From: Phoronis australis
Taxonomy: Eukaryota; Animalia; Phoronida
Length of the DNA: 64,000 bases
Assembly: GCA_002633005.1 (NCBI GenBank)
Contig: NMRA01000450.1
Span: 99,253-163,252, forward strand
Reading direction: 5' to 3'
Shown here: one piece after another, positions 38,301 through 48,315 of the stretch
How the letters are laid out: the number at the start of each line of letters is the position of its first letter
Numbering within the stretch: position 1 is the first letter of the stretch
Made by a program: the position numbers and the translations under genes
The notes under the pieces: model-generated
Told to the model about the DNA's origin: nothing
Databases searched by the model: none
What the model saw: the letters and a program-made list of their open reading frames with translations, nothing else

Positions 38301-39346
38301 CCCAAGTATAATGAATCTAAGTTACTTATGCCACGCGACACTATACCAAAAAGTCTAGATAAGAAGAGAAGAAACTGATGGCGACCTCCGTTGGATAATA
38401 TGTAACCTATTAGAAATAGCGAAGTGAATGGGAGAACGAAACATGGTTCGTTTCCCCAAGCTTGGAATCAGTTAGGGTAACGAATCATTTATTTTCGTTT
38501 CCATTATTAGTTCCACACTTAGGGTCTTATTTTTATTGGGACACAAAAAATATTTGGTGTCCCAAAGTCTTGGAACTGGCTAAGGACACGAAATTTTTCG
38601 TCATTCTTTGGCCCAATATGGTCACGTATCGTGACTTAACGATGTTGTGCCTTTTAACTCGAAAATATCCGTTTTTACGAGTAATTTACGCAGGAGCCAG
38701 TGAGAGGCCTTTTTGACCATGGAGATATAGGAATTTGCTTTATTTTGTAATAGCATTTGTGCAAAAAATGTGACACGTTTTACTTTCCTACAGTGTTCCA
38801 AGGACGCTGTATGCTAAAGCAGTCTTCATTTCTCCTTCGGCCTGTGTCGACTGCACGTGACATTGGTGTTGCACCAGTTGTTTGGAATCCCAAATGTTTG
38901 TGTATCTCATAAACATTATTTTTGCAACTGAAACTCTATATTCCTTGAATCTAATGGCCTCCGACCGGGAAACGTGTCACGAGTGTGTGTGATTTTTTCA
39001 GTAACCTGACCCAGTTGGGCATTGTTATTACCTGAACACCTCATTATACACATGCCATTGAATAATTATGATCGACATATGTCTCAAACAAGGATAAATG
39101 GTACGAGCGTCACGAGTTCCTCTAATTACCATAGATGAAAAGGAGACAGAGGATAGCGAAAGAAGGTGATTTATGATGACGATGAAATAAAAGATGCAAG
39201 TACAATACAATAAGTAAAAACCAACGATCTCTTGTAAGATGGGCATAATAAACACCACAACTGATATACTTAAAAATAAGACTAGTGTGAATATGTAAAA
39301 GCCCCTTTTAATTTTAAATGTTACGCAATCGTTATTTGATAGCGAG

Positions 39347-39491
39347 ATTTATCGTAATCTATTTTGCCCGGGGTACGCCACGAGCTATGTTGCAGAGTAA
39401 AACAAGAGGAGGATTGCGAATTTTGTCATTTATTATGACGTAAATAGATAAAACTAACTAAGACTCTGCAAGATGGGCATGGACAAAACGC
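39347..39491 (-). repeat. split direct repeat B2 (3' terminus), 145 bp
   Basis: Identical to 39689-39833 except 2 substitutions by manual comparison. Confidence 0.95.
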
Positions 39492-39574
39492 AAAACAAAG
39501 AACTGCCTGAAGGGCTTAAAGGAAAAGTACAGAACATGAACACAAAACTTGAAAAAACCTAACAGGAAATGTAC

Positions 39575-39690
39575 CTAGAGGATATAAATAGAGATAAGTA
39601 ATGCAAAATAAACCCTAAGGACTGGTCTCAAAATAAAGAGACAAGTGTCAAAATAATGACGATAAATGCATTTAACAAGTTAAATTTAAT
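39575..39690 (-). repeat. split direct repeat A2 (internal copy of the 5' terminus)
   Basis: Matches 45187-45302 with about 9 mismatches in 116 bp. Confidence 0.9.
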
Positions 39691-39833
39691 TTATCGTAAT
39701 CTATTTTGCCCGGGGTACGCCACGAGCTATGTTGCAGAGTAAAACAAGAGGAGGATTGCGAATATTGTCATTTATTATGCCGTAAATAGATAAAACTAAC
39801 TAAGACTCTGCAAGATGGGCATGGACAAAACGC
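39689..39833 (-). repeat. split direct repeat B1
   Basis: Direct repeat of 39347-39491; abuts A2 sharing the dinucleotide AT. Confidence 0.95.
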
Positions 39834-40195
39834 CATAATGGCAGCACGGGAATGCTGACATCGCCCATCCGAGGAAGCGGAACCCGGGCAATAACAAGGT
39901 TAGACTATGATAAAATATAGGCACTAACAACGGTATAACAGAAAACTAGAATACATAAGTCTAGAATATAAAAAGCAAGAAAATAACGAACTGGAAGTAA
40001 AGGTAACTAGAACTAATGACTAGAAATTGAAGCCTGCAACTACAGGCCTTGGGCCACAAGCTGCAACAACAGACCTGCGAAAGGGAGAAGGCCGGTTGCA
40101 ACAACAGACCTTACCTAGGGGACCCAGAGGAGTGGGAGGGGCTGAAAAGCAAATGGAGAGAAGTGGGGAGCTGCAACAACAGGCTCACCAGGAGC

Positions 40196-41146
40196 TCAAG
40201 AAGCCTGGGGAAGAGGAAAAGCAGACATGCGAATGTAGTTTTTTAGTGCGTCAGATTTCCAGCGCCCCATGCGCTGGATCACCGGTTCAGGGACGCCACG
40301 GCTGGCCGCTGAGGTGGCGGCGCCAATGCGGAAGCTATGAGACGTATAAGACTTGGTGTCGAGTCCTACAAAGGAAACCACTTTAGTTAACATGGAGTTG
40401 AAGCAGGAACGGGTAACCGGTGATCCACTGAGGTGTTGGAACGAGGGGCCAGGAGAGGGCTGAAAAGTAGGCAAGTACAAGGTTAGGGCAGCTACTGGGC
40501 ATTGGGGAGATTGGCTGGACGGAATTGTAAGTGACACTGGTCCCGAGCTGTGCTTGAAGGTACGCATAGTGATGACCACAGAATCGCCAGAGGGGGGAAA
40601 GACGACATCGCTCACCTGTATGACGTGGGAGGAGAGCTAGGAGGTGACTGTGAATTCACCGACCCTGAGGAAGGCATGGAAGGCTAAGAGGAACATAGCA
40701 CGTGCGAGAACCGAGTTGGCAAAAGAGCCGAGTGCAGAAGGGCAGGCCTCAAACAAGCGGTGAAGCAAAGCGGAAGCAATGGGCATGCGTGAGTCAGAAG
40801 AAGGGCGCAGATTGGAAGTGCCTTTGAGGATTTTTTGGATGAAAAAGGAGGAAGTGGGGTCAGGGAGGTTGTCAAGCTTGTGGACAAAACTAATGGCAGA
40901 GACACAGGACTGGATAGACGAGCTACTAAGGCCAGATTCGAAGAGAGGAGAGATGTAGAGGGCCAGGAAAGGGGTATTAATGGGCAAGGTGAGAGGAGAG
41001 TTGTTAGAGGAGAGGTAAAACTGTGCGAGGTTACGCAGGATGCGGGTGTAGGACTGAAGAGTGGAGGGGGCCAAGGAAGCCCGGAGCAGTCTGGTCACTC
41101 TGTCAGGAGGTGCGGTGGGATCGGTGTCGGATGAGGGCTGAGCCAA
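40196..41146 (-). pseudogene. tyrosine recombinase of the Ngaro element (one premature stop)
   Basis: LAPSTLQSY, FHAFLRVGE, FKHS, CPVAAL, HSFRIGAAT, GRWKSDA..NYIR; ORFs 40637-41146 and 40196-40615 share a frame, split by TAG at 40637-40639. Confidence 0.93.
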
Positions 41147-42670
41147 TAACCCTGGGAAAAGGCGACCTGAAAGTTGAAACGAGAAAGTATATCAGCGATG
41201 ATGTTAGTGTAGCCGGGGATATGTTTTGCCCGAAAATGAACATTAAAGGTAAGAGCGGAGATGACCAGACGACGAACAAGAGACCTAATGGGGGCGTGGC
41301 GGGAGGAGGTCTTGTTGATAATTTCAACGACAGCACGGTTGTCGCACAGGAAGAGGATCTTGTGGTTGGCGAGCTTTGAACCCCACAGCTCGAGCGCTAT
41401 GACAATCGGAAGAAGTTCCTTGAAGGTGATGTGATGGCGTTGCAGGTGCTCGGGCCACGGGCAGGCAAACCAGGAAGCTCCCAATGTCGCAGCAAAACCC
41501 CCGCAGCATCAGAGTACAGTTTGATGGTGTCTGAAGATGTCCACTTGTCGAATAGGAACAGTGTTTTCCCATTGAAGCATCGGAGAAAGATGGACCAAGC
41601 CCGAAGGTCCGCTCTAGCTGCTTTATTGAGGGTGACAAAGTGGTCTGGTCTCGAAATGCCGATGGTGAGGTTGATGAGTCGGCGCAGGAAGGCGCAGCCA
41701 GGCACGATGACGGAGCAGGCGAAGTTTAGTATACCAATGAGGGATTGGAGGTCGCTAAGAGTAACCTTGCGACGCTTTTGGAAGTCGAGCAGGAGGCTGG
41801 GAGCTCTGTCCACCTTGTCCTGTGGGAGAGAAGCAGTCATGGAGGCAGAGTCGAGGTGGATGCCATAAATGGTGATGGAGGTGGTCGGCTGAATTGTCTT
41901 GTCGTGGTTGATAGGGATGCCTAGGGAGTCGCAGAGTGATATGAATGCGGCGAGGTCCCGGGAGCATGTTGGCGAGGATGGGGGGCCCACGAAAAAGAAG
42001 TCATCGAGGCAGTGCGAAACGCCGGCGACCTTCAACTTGGTTTCCAGGATCCATTGAATCGCAGAACTGACCTTTTCGAAGATGTTGCAGCTGGAGGCAC
42101 AGCCAAATGGCAGGCACCTGTCCTAGTAGAAGTTGTTGGCCCAGGAGAGACCTAAGAGGTGGTAGTCGTCAGGGTGCACCGGTACGATGCGAAAAGCGTC
42201 CTTGATGTCAGTCTTAGCCATGAGGGAGTGGCGCCCAAACCGTTGAACCAGGCGGATAGCGTCCGTGATGGATTGATACTGGACTTGGGAGAATTGAGGG
42301 GGTATGAGGGAGTTAACTGAGTTACAGTGACGAGATGGATATGACAAGTTATGAATGAGACGCAAACTGTTAGGGTGAGATTTAGGGACGAGGACAAGGG
42401 ATGACGAAGAGAAAAGGGGGAATGGGGGGATGGGAAGGGACCGGCATAGCGACCCAGCAGAACCTCAGTCTGTATTTTCGGAAAGGTAACTTCGGGATTA
42501 CGTTGAGCTGATGGGTGGCTGGTGGGGGGATTGGAGTGACATATCGAGGAGGCGCCGAGTCTGAAACCAAAAGAGAAACCATTGATAAGCTCCGTAGTCG
42601 AGAGGGAGTCATAACCTGAAAGGAGAGGTTTAAGTTTGCTTACCTTTACGGGTGTTGGGATACCTGGCAT
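41095..42670 (-). pseudogene. pol (reverse transcriptase + RNase H) of the Ngaro element
   Basis: TPVKVSKL..LL.GY, RLIHNLSYP, AKTDIKDAFRIVPV, LPFG, HCLDDF (YLDD mutated), SDAA, ITFKEL, CDN, HIPGYTNIIADILSR; frameshifts near 42425 and 41495, stop at 42123-42125. Confidence 0.93.
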
Positions 42671-43646
42671 GTGGGTTGGTGGTTTTGGCGGTGCATGACC
42701 GCGCTGGGTGGTTGGCGCCGCAGAAGCCACAACAATGCTGGTATCGGCAGAGGAGAAGGTTACAGGACTGGTCGTTGAACTTCCAGCAGATACCTGTGGG
42801 GAAAGAGTTGGGGTTAGGGGTTGGGGCACGGGGGCCTCGAAAAAATGTGGAGGTGGGTGAGCCCTGACGAAAGGACTGACTGTTGGTTGGGTGGCGTTGG
42901 ATCTTGTTGAACTTGAGGCAAACTTGGCGCCACAGGTCCCAGTGGATTTGGTCCCACTCGAAGGGGAAAGAAGACCGGAATTTCCTGAAATGGGTATCAT
43001 AAAACAAGGCTGCAGAAAGGCCGTAGTGTGTGTTGCAGTCATGAACTATGGTCGAATACTTTGGGAGCTTAGGGGCATCCTGTGGAAACTTCTGGACCAG
43101 GATGGACTGGAAATTATTGAACGCCTGGGTCCACTGCAAAATGGATGAGATGGCCTTTGGACGTGCAGAGCTGGAAAAGACGGGAGTGTTACCGATGAAG
43201 GAGATGGAGACAGAGGGAGTGGAGGAGGCGGATGGCTCACCTGAAAGGAGAGAAGAAAAGTCAATGAACTCGTTGTTGAAGATGCGCTGACGAGTTTTGG
43301 AGTCGACATGAAACCCCAGAGGCAATGACACATACAAATTATTTGAAGAAGGGTCAATACCCGAAAAAGACGGAGAGGTAGTCGCATCGGAGGCTGAAGG
43401 TGGGGCAGTGAACGTCGGCTGGGAGGGGTAGAGCGAAGGTGACGGGTCCAGCGGCTGGCTAACGGTGAGCGGCGGAGCGGTAGAATCTGCGTCATAGAGC
43501 CGTTTCAATTCTGCAGCCAGCTTAGCATAGTCAATGACGGGCGGCGATAGCTGGATTTCGGATGTTGCTGGTGGCGCTGGTGGAGGACGCGCGAAGGGAC
43601 TTGCAGACTTGCGGGTGGATGCCCTGGTGGCTTTCTTGGGTGCCAT
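42630..43646 (-). CDS. Gag-like ORF1 of the Ngaro element (~338 aa, open)
   Basis: Probable start MAPKKATRAS at 43646; RIFNNEFIDFSSLL, WTQAF, YDTHFR and C-terminal CWKFN..SC...CRYQHCCGFCGANHPARSC finger typical of Ngaro/DIRS gag; overlaps the pol start. Confidence 0.85.
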   Translation of the reverse strand: MAPKKATRASTRKSASPFARPPPAPPATSEIQLSPPVIDYAKLAAELKRLYDADSTAPPLTVSQPLDPSPSLYPSQPTFTAPPSASDATTSPSFSGIDPSSNNLYVSLPLGFHVDSKTRQRIFNNEFIDFSSLLSGEPSASSTPSVSISFIGNTPVFSSSARPKAISSILQWTQAFNNFQSILVQKFPQDAPKLPKYSTIVHDCNTHYGLSAALFYDTHFRKFRSSFPFEWDQIHWDLWRQVCLKFNKIQRHPTNSQSFRQGSPTSTFFRGPRAPTPNPNSFPTGICWKFNDQSCNLLLCRYQHCCGFCGANHPARSCTAKTTNPHARYPNTRKGKQT

Positions 43647-43693
43647 GCTGGAAAAGGAAAAACATACTGAGTAGACCACCGGGGGAAAAAACC

Positions 43694-44180
43694 CAGGGTG
43701 GCGACCCCTGGGGGGACAACCGCCAAAGGGAAATGAGTAAAATATGGGAAGTACAGGGGATATAATCATCCCGAGAGGGAAGACAGAACCTCGTCATGGA
43801 AAACACCGCCGAAAGTAGTGGTTAGAACAGGGTATTATAAGGCCCCCTGCAGGCAAACCGCCGAAATAGAATTGAGCGAGCGAGGTATTAAAAAAATGGA
43901 AACAAGAGGTACAATCCCTAGGAGGGATAGAGAAATAACTAGAGGGCTATGTAAGCCAGAACAAGGAGAAAAACCTCCAAGTAACCGCCGAAATAATGTA
44001 TAGTTGGCAGGGATTAAGCCCCCCTGAGGGCAAACCGCCGAAAGTGAAAGAATTGAGAGAGGAGGCGAATATGGGGATATAATAATCCCATGAGGAAAGA
44101 ACCTCGTTGAGAATACCGCCGAAAGGAGAGATTAATATGACAGGGCATTATAAGGTCCCCTGTAGGCAAACCGCCGAAGA
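43694..44180 (-). repeat. array of seven hairpin + ACCGCC(G/A)AA modules between the SGNH ORF and gag
   Basis: Motif at 43719, 43805, 43857, 43984, 44034, 44115 and 44170, each preceded on + by a CAGGG..CCCTG or GAGG/GGAG..CCTC/CTCC stem. Confidence 0.8.
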
Positions 44181-44290
44181 TGAATACTTAGAACGAGGTG
44201 TAAAGTAGGGGTCCGGAGAGAACGATACAAAAAACTACCAGGAATAACTGGAAGGAAAGCGGAGGGGAGCGGGAGGGGGGTGGGGCGGGA

Positions 44291-44892
44291 CTAGAGTGTG
44301 AGAAGGCCCAGTTCACGAAGGTGGTGACCGATGGCCACGCGAATGCTGAAGGCGTGTTTATGAAGGCCAGAGTTGTAAAGTGGATCCCGTCCGGGTGGTA
44401 GAGGTGGTTGGGGTTAGCCCAGAAACCTCCCTTGTGAGTCCAAAAATAAATGCGGGGCTCGTGGGACAGGAGGGATTTAAGGGCTGAGTTGAAGGCGAGA
44501 AGGCGAGAACGAAAATGCCTACCGGCTTGTAATCGGTGAAACGCCTGTCCGACGAGGACACGACGGACGTCGTAGGCAATTAACGAAAACCGGGCGAAAG
44601 AAACGAGGTGGGAGGCCAAGGCGTGGGGTGCGATGGAGGTGGAGTGGAGGTCATTCCCTCCGATCTGGAGAAAAACGAGGTCGGGAGGGGAACGGGGAAG
44701 GGAACGGGTGGCCGGCTAGATGGACTTAGGGCCGGGGAGAAGGGTCCCGCCCGATATGCCCAGGGACGAAATGGTGACCCGGGAAGGTTGGAAGCCGTAG
44801 TTATGGAGGTAGCGGGCCTGGGGAGCGTCGGACACGAAGTTGTGCAGCCAACGAACGTAGGAACTGCCAAGGATGAGAACATGGGGCGACAT
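44291..44892 (-). pseudogene. SGNH/GDSL-type hydrolase ORF of the Ngaro element
   Basis: Manual translation MSPHVLILGSSYVRWL...GISGG...SI*...PDLVFLQIGGNDL...FNSAL...PDGIHF gives blocks I, II, III and V; stop at 44716-44718 and a 1-nt frameshift after DGIHF; the ORF track shows only part of it. Confidence 0.85.
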
Positions 44893-45186
44893 GGGGTATA
44901 ACGTGAATAAAACGGTTGGTTAAAATCAGAAAAACGGGACTTACCTAGAAAAGGACGAAGTAAAGCAGGGAACGAGAAGTGACAGAGCGTCGCACCCGAA
45001 CGGAGTAAGGGGTCAAGGGCCGAAAGGAAACGAAGAAATGCAAACAAAAAAATGAAGAGAACGAACGCAAGTCTTGTAGACGACGAGTTAGGTGGCTGAA
45101 TGAGAGACCACGTTGAACCGAACAATGAAAATATGGGCGACCAATCAGGGGTCGCGTAGAGAAACGTATGAATACAAAAGTAGGCC

Positions 45187-45302
45187 CTTGAGGCTATAAA
45201 TACAGATGAGTAATGCAAAATAAAACCTAAGGACCAGTATCAAAATAAAGAGACAAGTGTCAAAATATTGACGATAAATGCATTTAACAAGTTAAATTTA
45301 AT
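45187..45302 (-). repeat. split direct repeat A1 (5' terminus)
   Basis: Direct repeat of 39575-39690. Confidence 0.9.
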
Positions 45303-46653
45303 AAAAGTTGTGCTTTGTTTCGTTAAGGTAATGTTAATGCTGTGTCGGTTGCCCGGGCTAAGTAATGTTTACGAAAAGTGTGTGAAAATACCTAGAACTT
45401 GCATTACCGGAGATGCAAAATGGCGTGATGTTGAATGTTGGCTTTTTTGGAATCTGAATTGCCTCCATGCACGAAAGATGCGAGGTTCCAAATAAACTAA
45501 GTTATATGCCGTCTTTGTTCTGTTGTATGGAACATCACTAGCGTCACCTTGTGACGGGTCTTTTCTGACACGTGACAAGTCATTTTTAACACGCTGACGC
45601 GTCAATGATGCTGTCGTAACTCGTGTGGATGTTCTTAAAAGAACCAATCAATGCTAAGCTTTTACGGTGTGCTGACTAAATCAATGAGATCGTCATGTTT
45701 TGAGGTGAATGACAAGTACAAAGGCTGTCAATCACATATCGACTTAGTGTTCCAAGAGACAAATACAGCACGTGCGCAGCTATACGCGCGTGCGTCGTAG
45801 ACAAAAATGATAACAGCAAAACTTTAACTTTTAATGGAAACTTTTCTTTGCATATTTTTATTGTTAAAGGTAATGACTCTTTCACATGTTTTAATTATAA
45901 TGCCGTAAAATCAATGCACAAAATGGGCAAAACACGAACCACGCTAACATGATAGCAGCAATAAGTCGATGGAGTGCAGCATAAAAACTAACGCAGTCGT
46001 GGATTTCTTGCTCGCTCACGAAGTTCGTTAACTCTATAACTACAATATACATAGTGACGTGTGGGTTGTGAGTGCAAAACAACAACAATATTGAAAGTTC
46101 CGGTGATCTCATCCAAATCCTGGACAACTGTCTGTCATATAGGATTTCACTATGACTAGACGACTATCAATGACATAGCCAACAAAAACACAAGGATATT
46201 CTTAAGGGTTATAAAACATAATCGTTTCGCTCAGACAGTAGTGCGTCATAGGAAATGATTAAACTTGTATTCAGTTAACTCCATGGGAATTAATGACAAC
46301 TTCTTGGGTTTAAAATTTCGTCGCCAAAAATGTTTGGGTCCGTTCGCATTGATCTTGTCGGGGCAACTTAAAATTGTTAAATTCAAATTAGTGTAGTAAT
46401 TTTGTTTTGCTCAGGAAGAAGTTGATTTTTCTCGACATTACCTTGTGAACCAGTGTGTAACTCCGCCGTCAAAATATTAGCAAACTTGTATGCACAATAA
46501 ATATAGTTAAACAACCGTCACGAGACTACTTTCTGCTCTGGGGTCTGTCGGTAGCAAGGGACCGGCTGCACACCCACCTTTTACGTAGAAAACCCCTGGC
46601 GATACCATGAATTGCTGACCATTTCGTGCTTTGATTTTACGCATCCTTTCTTT

Positions 46654-46731
46654 CTTGGGAGCCCCAGCCCTTGGAGGGAACCGTTGGTGGCAACCCTTAC
46701 TTGGGAGCCCCAGCCCTTGGAGGGAGCCGTT
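46654..46731. repeat. 32-bp direct repeat, period 46
   Basis: CTTGGGAGCCCCAGCCCTTGGAGGGA(A/G)CCGTT twice. Confidence 0.9.
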
Positions 46732-48054
46732 TTGTTAATGTCATTTCTTCTTCAACGTCGGTCACGGAGTAGGACATAAAGATGGAATCAGCTGCCTCTC
46801 ATTTCCTGTTTGTGTGTCATTGAGCGGATGAAAATTTGATAAACTGGAAGAACACTTTTCGGGAGTTAAGCAAGGTTGATATTCTCTTTGGTTTTGTAAC
46901 GAAAAAAATAGTGAATTCTTCCAAAAGAATCCCAAGAATTATACATATTTTACAATGAAGGCGTCGTTGATGAAGAGGGAGTTGCTTGTGGGAGACTCCG
47001 CATGTTGATCAGACTGGCACAGGTATGATTTTTGATGACTCAGTACTGGGTACATATTAAAATTACAAGTATAAAGGTGCTGGCAATCGTAAACAAAAAT
47101 TTTGCCAATTTCTGATGTGCAAGCTAAAACCCACAAAAAGTAACATGCTACAACGAGAATGAAACTCCGTTTAATACGAGTAAATTTTACATGCGCGTCT
47201 ACTGGAAATGCCTGAAAATTCCATACACTGAATTACGGAATTCAACCATTTTGCAACTGAACAACCTTTAGTCAACTCAAATGCCCATCATGTTAGTTTC
47301 TTAGTGTCAGATACGTCGTCATTAATCATCCCAATACTGTCTGAACCGGTTCTAGTACACTTTTTTTATCTGCGTGTGAAACGAATCTATTGCCTGCCAA
47401 TTTGCTGTCACCGTTTTTATCAAGAGACAATAACTTCAAATTAAAAGTTGCCGCGTGGCTCTTATGTCATCAGGCCAACCACATGTATTGAAGACATATT
47501 GGAAATTATATTGACGGATTTTCCTCCTGTTTTCTTATTTAGCCTTAGGTGTCTGTGCAACATGTCCGTCGATAATGATTTGATGAAAACTAAAATTACC
47601 AGAGAACAATTAGTTTTCAGCGGCAACATTAAGACGTGGAAAAGTGGACATTTTATACTGGAACTATTTTGCCATCGTATAAAAATTTCCCCAGACGTCT
47701 CTTTGCTGGGAGGCCGACTTTCTCGTTCCTACCTTGAGGGCGCCAGCGAGTCCGGTGTGAAGAAGTAGGTCACAGTGTCAACGTCCTTTTGAACAATGGG
47801 TGGGGCGAGGTGCGGACGCAGAACTGAAGCGCGGATTAGCGAATTGAAGAGCACGCACGTCAGGTAGCAAACTAGTCAATATTCAGCTCTTAAACAGAGT
47901 TGAAGGCCCATCGGCACGCGGCATTGCGAGATGGAAAATGAAGTGACGAATATCAATAAGACATTGGAACTCTTTGAATAAGCAATCCTTAAACGCTCAA
48001 CGGCATACAGTTTCTCAATGTCATATTTTAATGGTTGTATGCAGGTTTGTAAAA

Positions 48055-48315
48055 CATCCGCGCACACAGCCTTTAATATGGGGGGCTCGAGTTCCCGACG
48101 ATGGGGACCTTTTACCGACAAAAAAGCCGAAGGACTAAAAAAACGGGGTAGGCCTACCACGTCCAGGGCTGTGAATTGTGCGTTTGCGCCTTTTTAGTGG
48201 ACTTGTTGTCTCGTTTTCTCGTACTTTTTGTTTCTTTGGGGCGTACCTTTTTGTCCACTTCGCCAAATGGCTCGTTCGAGCCCCCCGAGCCGCCCCCCCC
48301 ATGGGTGCGCGCATG
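48055..48315. mobile_element. small hAT-type MITE
   Basis: Ends CATCCGCGCAC and GTGCGCGCATG, internal GGGGGCTCGA and TCGAGCCCCC; flanked on both sides by TAAAA. Confidence 0.55.

Larger units (their letters stand above)
39347..45302 (-). mobile_element. Ngaro/PAT-type tyrosine-recombinase retrotransposon (DIRS order), full length, decayed
   Basis: Split direct repeats A1 (45187-45302)...B1 (39689-39833)-A2 (39575-39690)-B2 (39347-39491) in element orientation; gag with C-terminal Cys/His finger, RT-RNase H, YR and SGNH hydrolase ORFs. Confidence 0.95.

Noticed and set aside
43647-43769. N-terminal extension of gag in the ORF track
   Set aside because: It overlaps the hairpin array; MAPKK at 43646 is the more plausible start
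43694-44180. CRISPR-like or hammerhead-ribozyme array
   Set aside because: The conserved part is only 9-14 bp, spacing is irregular, spacers are related to one another, no cas genes are present, the context is eukaryotic and there is no CUGANGA core
40027-44901. Plus-strand ORFs overlapping the Ngaro genes (e.g. 41431-41868, 40027-40386)
   Set aside because: Antisense shadows of GC-rich coding sequence with no recognisable motifs
44580-45218. 212-aa minus-strand ORF as a separate gene
   Set aside because: Low-complexity S/P/F-rich alternative frame overlapping the SGNH frame; explained by the pyrimidine skew
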